Positions 25,472 through 37,433 of a DNA stretch of 64,000 bases are shown piece by piece. Every line of letters starts with the position of its first letter. Positions within the stretch are counted from its first letter, which is position 1. The translations under genes were made by a program, and so were the position numbers. Location: positions 773,781 to 837,780 of the forward strand of contig NMRA01000061.1 in assembly GCA_002633005.1 (NCBI GenBank), in the 5' to 3' direction. Origin of the DNA: Phoronis australis (lineage: Eukaryota > Animalia > Phoronida). The notes under the pieces are model-generated. The model worked only from the letters and a program-made list of their open reading frames with translations, was not told where the DNA came from and made no database searches.

Positions 25472-28400
25472 CAGCACACATCACGAATTTTTGGCCGCCC
25501 GGTCGGAAATTGGTCGACGACTAGCCGTCGACCGGTCGGCTAATTTGCCGACCGGTCGGCTAAAAATTAGCCGACCGGCAGCCGCCCGCAGTGCCGACTC
25601 ATAAGGCGACTCCCCAGCCGACCCTTCAGCCGACCCTTCAGCCGACCGGACATCAGCCGACCAGCTGGTCGGCTGCTATTTTTAGGCTAGAGTAGCAGTT
25701 GCGTAATAGGTTGTCAGGCTGATACCACTTTGCGTGTCGATGCATATTCGTCTTAGCACAGGGTCAAATAAATTAACCTAGTTTTACTGTCTCGGTGACA
25801 TGAGTTCACGTCGGTTGTGTAATATCACTAATTCGAAAGTTGAAGGCAAGCGGTAATAGTAAACATTGGATTATGGACAATGCAACAAGTTTTGGATGAA
25901 AAACGTGAAAGTTTTCTTTACATTTGATCTTTAATTTGACTCGTGACGTTAACAAGATGTATTAGATCGGTTGCTTCCCGTTCAATACAACGCTGTAGTC
26001 ATTTTGTAAACGCAGCTATTTTAGCAGTCTTCGCCCGCAGTTGATTTCAAGTTGTTTGTGTAACGCCAAACTGCATCTTTTTGCGTTTTTTTAAGTTAGT
26101 CACCGGTCTCCTGTCACGCGCACATGATGATGGATTAGTGAGTGAGTTCTTACACCGCGAAAAGCTCTCACTCCAGGGATTTTATTTTCATAGTATTGAC
26201 CCTTGCAGTACAGACGCGAAATTCACGGTCCAGTATGCCCTAAACCCACGGACTTCGATGGCTCTAACTTCGAAATCATATTATGGTTACGATTTCCACG
26301 AACTAAGACGGTGACATCACCACTGTTGAGGCTACAGCAAAGTAGCCTTGCGCATTCCGTTTTCAGTGTATCGGTGACGTTAAAATCTGGGCTAGCAGTT
26401 ACATGTATACACGTAGTCCCCTATCAGTTGGTCGTTCACGTTGTTCCAAAAATAAATATTTTCTGTCAACAACATATTGACAAATTATGCAAAATAAAAC
26501 AATTGTGAACGGCAAGATGTGAATACGTGGTGAAGAGGTATTTGTCTCTACGCGGCATATGTGCGTGAAACTTTGGTAAAGCGATTGCGATGGCAAAAAA
26601 TGATAGAAAATACACAAAGGTGCACTTTTGAGAAGCAAAGCGTCTGGTGATCTTGATAGCGTACATGTATGATCTGGCCACCTCAGGTAGTAAGTGACGC
26701 TGAATGAGAAGTGGTAACTACATGTTTGGCGCGAAAATAAAAAAATCATGCTTGTATTGCCAGCCACCCCCCTCCCCGAATTTTGCACATTCTAATGAGT
26801 CACCACTCGAGATTTGGTTCCGTTTCAGTCCTAAAATCGCATAATAATTCTGTGCTCAGCTGTAAGAAAAAATACAATTTTTTGAAACGGTGCTCAGTCT
26901 TAATAAAGTTTCCAGCATGAGAGCGCTTTGATCAGAAATGCCAAGCACACGCAGAGTTGTAAGACAGAGACGTTGGCGTTTCCGTATGTCCACAAAAGTG
27001 CTTTGAGCAGTGTGTACAAATTTGTTCATTTCGCTTTTCTGCACTGACGACTATGATCAACACGGTGTTTTAACTACACTTTTGAGTGCATTTTCAAAAA
27101 TAAATGTTTGGTTGGTGAATTCAGCGAGTCGGTGCCCACGGGCAGGAAAACGTATCTGCGTAAATAAAGAGTTGCGTTTTCAAAACATTCAGAGCATGAG
27201 CTCAAGGACTACCTGAGACAGAAAATAAAACCGATTACCAAACAGAAACTTGTCCAATGAATATATAGCTCTTGGAAAACTGTTACCCCGAAGAAATGTG
27301 CAAAATACGAACGTCGTTTACGAAAGATTGTACCAGAAGTGATTCGTTGCAGTGGAGCCGCACGGGATAGTAAAAACACTGTGCTGTGCACTAGTTACCT
27401 GAATGGAAAGCTGAAGCGGAAAAATCCAGAACACACATTTTCTATTCAGGAATTGAAATCTCTGTAGAATCAAAAACAATTGGCAACCAGGATTTATTGC
27501 GTTAGAAAACTTATCACGCCCGGAGAGAATTGTTTTCATGCCCGGAGACTACGTGATCACCCATTATGCAATGATGACAATCCAGTGTGTACCTATACAT
27601 TGGCATCTATTGTAAAACGTGGATTAGACGAAAGAAATTCAACCGCATTTCGAAGATAATATATCTGTTGTCGGCGAGAGGTTGAATATATAGCCCTTGT
27701 TTAGTATAGTACGGACAGTATCACTTTGAAAGATCAATGCTTGGGGATGGTGACGTGGTGTTCTGGCGTGAAAGTTACTGACATGGTAAGTTTTTGAACC
27801 TGACTTATTAAATTTTCAGTTCGGTCGTATTTTATTTTGATCCTGAAGTGAAGAATTTTTGGTCCTCACTTGATAAATTATAGGTGCTGATGTGATAAAT
27901 TTTCAGTCTTGACGTGGTGAATTTGGTCTTTATTTGCTCTTTGGTCTTCTGTGTGAAAACAATCTCAATGTATTGGATTGTTTTAATTCCTGCTTAAGTA
28001 AAATGTCTGGTTTTGAGATATTTATTTTTGGTCCTGGAGAGTTTGCATGTTTTGCTTGGTTTTAATCATGCATAGAAAAGATATGTCGTTAAATGTTTCA
28101 AATTAGGCCTCCCATAAATGGGGGGAGAGCAGGTTGTGTAGCATCGTACTATGTAACTTCTAATATAAATCTAGGTGTTCGTGATTTAGTAATACTATGA
28201 AAAATGAGTAGTTTTGACTATGAAAAATGAGTAGTTGAGGCTTCTTTTGAAATACTGTATCCTTTGTATATGCCTGGTGTACATGGCTCAGTGTGATATT
28301 ATCTAAGCTTTATTATCCTCTATGGCTTAACAACTATATATCTTCATTCATGCCTGTAAAAGAGGTACTCCCAGGATCATCAAGCATGTGTATGTTTTTA

Positions 28401-30654
28401 TTCTAATGAGGCGTGCTTCGAATGTACAATTAGTAATTATACTTTTGCAGTGGTTCATAACAAACGGATTCATTAAACCCAGTAAATATTTTTGCAACTG
28501 CTGACTCTGCATATCAGACGTGCATATTGCATCATACCTCATCAGAGTAAAACTTGTTATCAATCATAGTAGAAAAAATTATTTTTATCATTGCCACAAG
28601 ACGTTAACAAACGCAGTGAGTGTCTGTAACTGTTGTGTCTAGATTGCTGATGAACTAAAGTCGGTCTACATGTATTTCCATTTTTATATCACTGATTCAT
28701 GCCAAAGGTTTGAAATTGCGCCCCTTTAAGAGTTTTGACTTGCCCTGTGATCACTAGAATCCGATGCAATAAACTTATAGAAGTTGTTTTTTAACCAGTG
28801 TAATATAGCTGAAAATTGTGTGCGTTTTCGTTTGCGAGAGTGTTCTTTTTGAATCAATGGGTTAATCATTTTACGCTCTACATGAAAACACAGACTACTT
28901 TTTTAGGATTACATGTACCAGGTTACCCCGAAAATATTATTTTCAAAGTTTTACCCCTTGGAGTATACGCGAAACGCCAAGTATTGTGTTCTTACGCGAA
29001 AGGGCTCGGAAGGCTGTAGCCTTGGTGCGAAGCTGTTTACTAAATTAAATATACAAATTTGCGCAATTGTGGGTAAAAACTGACCGAATAAAATCTTCCT
29101 AGAGTAAACTAAATTATTTACCAGCGTTGCAAAAAATGGTTTTCTACAATTATTTTGCTGCTAAAGTTATGTTGTGATCTTATGCGTCGACTTTCGCCCC
29201 AATGAAATATTGCGTCACCTTTTAGCCAGTTTCTTTTTCCCAGATTCTTCAATCAAACGTTCTCCCTCGAGGTTACGTAAACGTCACAACAAATGATCAG
29301 AATTGGTTTCACTTCATTATATGTTTTTGGAATTTTGATATCAGTGAACCGAATTTTAGAACAAATTTTGCTGAGATGTGTTCATCATCTAATGGGAGAT
29401 GTTGAAAACATTTTGGAAGTGGCGCGTGTCACAATGAACTTTTTTCAAAACGACGATATACGTTTTTTCGTTAAAAAGGCAGAGAATTACGCAAGAAGAT
29501 GACGTCGGATGTTTCTCACTTAAACGGCCGTAACGGGCAACTTGAATGCCAATTGACTTCCAGATTTTGCATGCACACCCGCCAGTCTTGAGCTCATGTT
29601 GATACAAGCTTTTCGACGAGGTGACAAACGTAACTATCCGGGCTGTGTGAAGTATCGAGGTCTGTTTGGTCTCAATAAGCAGTGGCACCTTGCTGTATTT
29701 TGAAAATAGTCTTCATGCAACTAGCTGGCTACATAGGAAGGCTCTAGTTTCGAAAAGATGTTTTACTGCGAAAGTGACAACAATTTCTGAATGATGATGG
29801 ATGATGGATGACACTATAAACCGATCAGTCTTCCGTTTTCATGCGCCCATGATTTAATATCGGCGCTATGTTCAAACCATTGTTTATGTTGTTTCTAAAA
29901 TAAAATTGGGTTCTATTGCTGTACCAACATATTAAGAAATTATACAGAAATAAGCAATAATTATCTGTGGTAAATCGCAATATACAGCGTGATGAAGTGA
30001 TCATCAAGAGCAATAACGGATGAGCGCAAATGCGTGATGCTTGTTGAGCATTCCGCTGCATGAAAACACTTGAGGTAGTAAAATATCCAGTGTTGTATTC
30101 TGATTTTTATGCAATTTTACTGTAAATTTCAAATTTCGTGCTTGTTTTTCTGCAAAATGTACTGTATAAAAAGTCTCATATCTAAATTTAGAAATTATAC
30201 TTCCGCGATATCACTTAACGTTTGATTTTACCACGCCGTCATTAATTCAACATAAAGTTTTAGGCTGGTGTAATGTCACGCACTTCGTATTTGTAGGTTG
30301 ATTCGATTTTATTTCCTTTCAATAGTTGAACAAAAGTTTATAAACCGATGTCAAGACCTGAGTTGCCAGTGGTGAACGAACAGCGAACAGTAAAATGTTT
30401 GTTTGGCCAAAGTTCACCCGTTGTCATAAAATGGTAATTGCCGACCAAGGACACGCTTAATCCGAATTGGTCGTCTACGCTAGGCGACCAATTAGCCGAC
30501 CCAAGTGCCGACCACAGAGGCGACTCAGTAGACGGCTCCTAGCCGACCGTTGTTGGTCGGCTGCTGGTCGGCTAGACGACCGGTCGACGGCCGGTCGACG
30601 GCCGGTCGTCGACCAATTTCCGACCGGTCGGCCAAAAATTCGTGATGTGTGCTG
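25472..30654 (+). mobile_element. Copy B, full-length (5183 bp) Tc1-like non-autonomous TIR element
   Basis: TA at 25470-25471 and 30655-30656. ~67-bp imperfect TIR CAGCACACATCACGAATTTTTGGCCG.CCGGTCGGAAATTGGTCGACGAC..GCCGTCGACCGGTCG. GCCGACC arrays at both ends. Inverted relative to copies A and C. Confidence 0.92.
26400..27370 (+). pseudogene. Heavily decayed IS630/Tc1-like (DDE_3) transposase inside copy B
   Basis: Motifs appear in the expected order across frames: KQL*T (cf. LGWT); KRLRWQK...TFEKQSVW (26579-; cf. KRLxW...FEDVIWTDE); VHV*SG (26661-; cf. VHVWAGIS); DDYDQH (cf. DNDPKH); HELKDYLRQKIKPITKQKLVQ*IYSSWKTVTPKKCAKYERRLRKIVPEVIRCSGAA (27195-27362), ending SGAATG* in copy A. Confidence 0.72.
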
Positions 30655-31394
30655 TAGTTGATGATAGCAATTAGATCGGTGATATATTGCATTAAAATTT
30701 CTCCAGGTTGAGACAGCCTCCTAAATTTAGAACATATAAATCATGGCAAATTCAGTTGATATGCAAGGGCAGATCACAAGAATTTGCGAAATGGTTTAAA
30801 TAATTATATTGTTGAAATCACGTTTTAAATCAGTAATGATGTTGCTGAGTAGGCTCCATTGAAAATTGAAATAAAATGCAATACCGGTATACTTAAAATG
30901 GCTGAGAGAAAAATCTTAAAAAATTGAGCTATAAATGCGGAGTTTTCTGGTGTTAGGTGTGTAGTGGTGGTTCATTTTCAAACAAATTTTACAAAAATTG
31001 AGAGTTTTTAGGGATGTTGTTGCACCTACTGTAGATATAATTCTTCCAACAAGTTGCACAGGGTAAAAATGAAGAGATGACTAAAAAATGTAACAACATT
31101 TTTGAGAGCTCATCTTGCATTTATATCAAGCAAAGTTTGGTCATGTGAGTGATACCAATTTGTCCTATGGATGTACCCTTTTTGTAGCTAAATTTCAATA
31201 AAACTGATATGGTCATGTCACCCAAGGAATTAAAGGTGTCGTGTCATTGAGCCAAACAACAAATTCTACAGTCTTATTTTAGACAATTTATATTTTTAAT
31301 TTGTTAAAGTCATGCCCTGAAGAAATCCACTACAACAAGAAACTATATGAACACTGTACTTGTCCAATTTCACTCTTAGCAGGCTTCTATTTTG

Positions 31395-31555
31395 AGTCGG
31401 CATGCGCGTATAATTGGCTGATAAGCAGCCTATGGAACTACTCTTGGCTGAATGCGTGACCAGGGCATAAAATGTAGCCAAGACCAGTTAATAAAGCAAT
31501 ACTGCATGGAAGGGTTAATACCTTCAGGGCAATTTTGATAGAGTGGGCATCTGCT
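31395..31555 (-). pseudogene. Relic of a hAT transposase C-terminal dimerisation domain
   Basis: With one frameshift: MPTLSK/IALKVLTLPCSIA...GLGYILCP....SQE*FHRLLI, resembling PxLSKLALKxLSIPASSA..GxIxxP.R..LSxExFExL. The ERxFS motif is not retained. Confidence 0.4.
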
Positions 31556-32130
31556 AGTCTTTTGGATTAAGCCTTTTAAAAACTCAAGGTTTACAGACCT
31601 CTGATTTTCTGACTTATACAAACATTAAAAATCAAATTGCAACACTGGTATTTCCGCCATTCTCATAGGTTATGGAAACAAGCAAAAATTGGCAACAACC
31701 CGAACGAGCAACAAAAATATCTCGCTGCATCACCAAGCCTTGATGCAAAGTTGTTTGCTAAGTATACAGTTTACGCTGTTGTAGCTAAAAAGAACCAAAA
31801 ATGTTACAACAAATTAGAGTTGGAAAATTGACTTTGTTCTGCCGAGAGATGTCGCTAATTAAGAAACGGCGCGTACGCCTGTCACGAGCAAATTGCTTTA
31901 GAAACGACGCCACACTTATGTTTGTTACAAACAGATCGAGAATTATGCAAGGGAATGACTTTTATTGGATTGTTTTTACTTTTATGGCTGCAGCGGGTTA
32001 GGTGAGTGTCAACTAACTTCGAGATTTTGCATGCACAAGCCGACGGTCGTTAGCTCTACCACGGAGTAAAAAACATTACAGTCCTTGGCTTGACCACAGT
32101 TGTCCTCAGTTTCTGATCTTCCCCAATACA

Positions 32131-32350
32131 TATATAATACTACAAGGTATGACACTGAGATAGAAGATTCCAACATGGCGCGGCTCATGTTGTGTTTGTG
32201 AAAGAATGCAAGTTTTGCTATAGACAACGTACAGCACACATATATAATACTACAAGGTATGACACTGAGATAGAAGATTCCAACATGGCGCGGCTCATGT
32301 TGTGTTTGTGAAAGAATGCAAGTTTTGCTATAGACAACGTACAGCACACA
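32131..32350 (+). repeat. Perfect 110-bp tandem duplication overlapping the end of copy C
   Basis: 32131-32240 equals 32241-32350; each unit ends ...GACAACGTA-CAGCACACA (TSD plus first 9 nt of TIR). No N nearby. Confidence 0.9.
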
Positions 32351-35300
32351 TCACGAATTTTTGTCCGCCTGGTCAGAAATTGGTCGACGACCGGCCGTCG
32401 ACCGGTCGCCTAGCCGACCAGCCGCCGACCAACAACGGTCGGCTAGGAGCCGTCTGCTGAGTCGCCTCTGTGGTCCGCACTTGGGTCGGCTAAGTGGTCG
32501 CCTAGCGTAGACGACCAATTCGGATTAAGCGTGTCCTTGGTCGGCAATTACCATTTTATGACTTAGCGGGTGAACTTTGGCCAAACAAACATTAAACTGT
32601 TCGCTGTTCGTTCACCAGTGGCATCTCCGGTCTTGACATCGGTTTATCGACTTTTCTTACACTATTGAAAGGAGGTCAAATCGAATCAACCTACAAATAC
32701 GAAGTGCGTGACATTACACCTGCCTCAAACTTGATGTTGAATTAATGACGGCGTGGTAAAATCAAACGTTAAATGAGATCGCGGAATCATAATTTCTAAC
32801 TTTAGAAGTGAGACTTTTTATACAATACTTGATGCATAAAAACAAGCACGAACTTTGAAATTTTACAGTAAATTTGCATAAAAATCAAAATACAACACTG
32901 GATATTTTACTACCTCAAGTGTTTTCATGCAGCGGAATACTCAACAAGTATCACGCATTTGCGCTCATTCGTTATTGCTCTTGATCATCACTTCATCACG
33001 CTGTATATTGCGATTTACCACAGATAATTATTGCTTATTTCTGTATAATTTCTTAATTTGTTGGTACAGCAATAGAACCCAAGTTTATTTTAGGAACAAC
33101 ATAAACAATGGTTTGAACATAGCGCCGATATTACATGTAAATCACGGGCGTATGAAAACGGAAGACTGTGAACGGTTTATAGTGTCATCCATCATCATTC
33201 TGAAATTGTTGTCACTTCCGCTGTAAAAAATCTTTTCGAAACTAGAGCATTCCTATCTAGCCAGCTAGTTGTATAAAGACCATTTTCAAAATACAGCAAG
33301 GTGCCACTGCTTATTGAGATCAAACAGACCTCGAAAGTTCACACAGCCCAGATAGTTACACTTGTCACCTCGTCGAAAACGTTGTGTGCATGAAAAATCT
33401 AGAAGTCAATTGGCATTCAAGTTGCCCGTTACGGCCGTTTAAGTGAAAAATATCCGACTTCATCTTCCTGCGTAATTCTCTGCCTTTTTTAACGAAAAAA
33501 CGTATGCCGTCGTTTAGAAAAAAGTTCATTCGTGACACGCGCCACTTCCAAAATGTTTTCAACATCTCCCAATAGATGATGACAACATCTCAGCAAAATT
33601 TGTTCTAAAATTCGGTTCACTGATATCAAAATTCCAAAAACATATAATGAAGTGAAACTAACTCTGATCATTTGTTTTGACGTTTACGCAACCTCTTTGG
33701 AGAACGTTTGATTAAAGAATCTGGGAAAAAGAAACTGTCTAAAAGGTGACGCAATATTTCATTGGGTCGAAAGTCGACGCATAAGATCACACCATAACTT
33801 TAGCAGCAGAATAACTGTAAAAAACATTTTTTGCAACTCTGGCAAATAATTTAGACTACTCTAGGAAGATTTTATTCGGTCAGTTTTTACCCACAATGAA
33901 ACAAATTTGTATATTTAATTTAGTAAACAGCTTCGCACCAAGGCTAGAGGCTTCCGAGCCCTTTGACGTAAGAACACAATACGTGGTGTTTTGCGTATAC
34001 TTCAAGAGGTAAAACTTTGAAAATAATATTTTTGGGGTAACCTGGTACATGTAATCCCAAAAACGTAATCAGTGTTTTCATGTAGAGCGTAAAAATGATT
34101 AACCCATTGATTCAAAAAGAACACTCTCGCAAACGAAAACGCACACAATTTTCAGCGATATTACACTAGTTAAAAAACAACTTCTATAAGTTTATTGCCT
34201 CGGATTCTAGTGATCACCAGGGCAAGTCAAAACTCTTAAGGGGGCGCAATTTCAAACCTTTGGCATGAATCAGTGATATAAAAATGGAAATTGACCGACT
34301 TAAGTTCATCAGCAATGTAGACACAACAGTTACAGACACTGACTGCGTTTGTTAATGTCTTGTGGCAATGATAAAAATATTTTTTTCTACTATGATTGAT
34401 AACAAGTTTTACTCTGATGAGGTATGATGCAATATGAAAGTCTAATATGCAGATCGGCAGTTGCAAAAATATTTACTGGGTTTAATGAATCCGTTTGTTA
34501 TGAACCTTTGTAAAAGTATGATTACTTATTGTACATTCGAAGCACGCCTCATTAGAATAAAAACATACACGTGCTTGTTGATTCTGGGGGTACCTCTATT
34601 ACAGGCATGAAGGAAGATATATATTTGTTAAGCCATAGAGGATAATAAAACATACATAATATCACAGTGAGCCATCTACACCAGGCATATACAAAGGATA
34701 GAGTAGTTCAAAAGAAGCCTCAACTACTCATTTTTCATAGTATTACTAAATCACGAACACCTAGATTTATATAAGAAGTTACACAGCAGGCTGCTACACA
34801 ACTTGCCCTCTCACATTTATGGGAGGCCTAATTTGAAACATTTAACAACATATCTTTTCTATGCAAGATTTAAACCAAGCAAAACATGTAAACTCTCCAC
34901 GACTAAAAATAAATATCTCAAAACCAGAAATTTTACTTAAGCAGGAATTAAAACAATCCAAAACATTGAGATTGTTTTCACCAGAAGACAAGAGAGCAAA
35001 TAAGACCAAAATTCACCACGTCAAGGCTGAAAATTTATCACATCAGCACCTATAATTTATCAAGTGAGGACCAAAAATTCGTCACTTCAGGATCAAAATA
35101 AAATACGACCGAACTGAAAATTTAATAAGTCAGGTTCAAAACCTTACCGTGTCAATAACTTTCACGCCAGAACACCACGTCACCATCCCCAAGCATGGAT
35201 CTTTCACAGTAATAATGTCCGCACTACATGAATACGTATAAACAAGGGCAATATGTTCAACCTCTCGCTGACAACAGACCTATTATCTTGGAATTGAATT

Positions 35301-37431
35301 TCTTTTTTCTAATCCACGTTTTACAATAGATGCAATGTATAGGTACACACTGGATTGTCACCATTGCATAATGGGTGATCACGTAGCCTCCGGGCTTGAC
35401 AACAACTCCCTCTCCTGGCGTGATAAGTTTTCTGACACAATGAATCCTGGTTGCCAATTGTTTTTGATTCTACAGAGATTTCAATTCCTGAATAGAAAAT
35501 GTGTGTTCTGGATGTTTTCGCTTCAGCTTTCCATTCAGCTAGCTAGTGTACAGCATAGTGTTTTTACTATCCCGTAGCTTCTCCACTGCAACGAATCACT
35601 TCTAGTACAACCTTCCGTAAATGACGATCATATTTTGCACATTTCTTCGGGGTAACATTTTTCCAAGAGCTATATTTTCATTGGACACGAATACCAGTCT
35701 CAGGTAGTCCTTGAGTTCATGCTCTGAATGTTTTGAAAACGCAACTCTTTCTTTACGCAGATACCGTTTTCTGCCCGTGGACACCGACTCGCTGAATTCA
35801 TCAACCAAACATTTATTTTTGAAAATGCCCTCAAAAGTGTTCTTTTTTAAAACACCGAGTTAACCATAGTCGTCAGTGTAGAAAAGCGAAATGAACAAAT
35901 TTGTACACAGTGCTCAAAGCACTTTTGTGGACATACGGAAACGCCAACGTCTCTGTCTTACAACGCTGCGTGTACTTGGCATTTCATTTCATGCTGGAAA
36001 CTTTTTTAAGACTGAGCACCGTTTCAAAAAGTAGTATTTTTTCTTACAGCTGAGAACAGAAAAATTATTCTGCGATTTTAGGACTGAAATGGAACCAAAT
36101 CTCGAGTGGTGACTCATTAGAATGTGCAAAACTGGGGGGGGGGGGGTGGCGATATATATACAAGCATGATTTATTTATTTTTTATTTGTATTCTGTAGTT
36201 GCCACTTCTCATTCTACCTAAGGTGGCCAGATCATACGCTATCAATATCACCAGACGCTTTGCTTCTCAAAAGTGCCCCTTTGTGTGTTTTCTATCATTT
36301 TTTTCCATCGCAATCGCTTTACCAAAGATTCACGCACATATGCCACGTAGTGAATACTTCTTCATCACGTATTCACATCTTCCCGTTCACAGTTATTTTA
36401 TTTTGCGTAATTTGTCAATATGTTGTTGACAGAAAATATTTATTTTTGGAACAACGTGAACGACCAACTGATAGGGGACTACATGTATACATGTAACTGC
36501 TAGCCCCGCCGGATTTTAACTTCACCGATACATGAAAACGGAATGCGCAAAGCTACAATTGCCTGCAGCCTCAACAGTGGTGATGTCACCGTCTTAGTTC
36601 GAGGAAATCGTAATCATAATGTGATTTCGAAGTTAGAGCCATCGAAGTCAGTGGGTTTAGGGCATACTGGACCGTGAATTTCGCGTCTGTACTGCAAGGG
36701 TCAATACTGTGAAAATGAAATCCCCGGAGTGGGAGCTCTTCGCGGTGTAACAACTCACTCACTAATCCATCATCATGAGCGCGTGGTAGGATACCGGTGA
36801 CTAACTTAAAAAACGCAAAAAGATTCAGTTTGGCGTTACACAAACAAAATCAATTGCGGGCGAAGACTGTTAAAAAAAAAGCTGCGTTTACAAAATGACT
36901 ACAACGTTGTATTGACTGGGAAGCAACCAATCTATTACATCTTGTTTACATGTACGTCACGAATCAAATTAAAGATCAAATGTAAAGAAAACTTCCACGT
37001 TTTTCATCCAAAACTTGTTGCATTGTCCATAATCCAATGTTTACTAGTACCGCTTGCCTTCAACCTTCGAATTAGTGGTGTTACACAACCGACGTGAACT
37101 CATGTAACCGAGACAGTAAAACTAGGTTAATTTATTTGACCCTGTGCTTAGACGAATATGCATCGACACGCAAAGTGGTATCACCCTGCCAACCTATTAC
37201 GCAACTGCTACTCTAGCCTAAAAATAGCAGCCGACCAGCTGGTCGGCTGATGGCCGGTCGGCTGAAGGGTCGGCTGAAGGGTCGGCTGGGGAGTCGCCTT
37301 ATGAGTCGGCACTGCGGGCGGCTGCCGGACAGCTAATTTTTAGCCGACCGGTCGGCTCATTTGCCGACCGGCCGACGGCTAGTCGTCGACCAATTTCCGA
37401 CCGGGCGGACAAAAATTCGTGATGTGTGCTG
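32342..37431 (-). mobile_element. Copy C, full-length (5090 bp) Tc1-like non-autonomous TIR element
   Basis: TA at 32340-32341 and 37432-37433; TIR CAGCACACATCACGAATTTTTGTCCG at both ends. Reverse-complement homologue of copy B over its whole length; transposase relic on minus strand at ~35570-36500. Confidence 0.92.
33300..35060 (+). pseudogene. Possible decayed second ORF (KDZ/HMGXB3-C-terminus-like) in the TIR element, convergent with the Tc1-like relic
   Basis: Clearest in the homologous part of copy A: AFRALW (2859-), FAYTSVGKTLKIIFLG (2900-), LVDPGG, FQKKPQLLIFHS..SRTPRFI*EVTWYD (3614-), NL*NSPGLKINISK, LKQSNTLRLF. Order resembles FRxAW, FxCxxCGxxPxxIIxDG, LxPG, FxxxPxxIIYD..RxPxFF..VD, NSQxxEQxNS. 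Eye match only; catalytic residues are not preserved. Confidence 0.3.
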
Positions 37432-37433
37432 TA

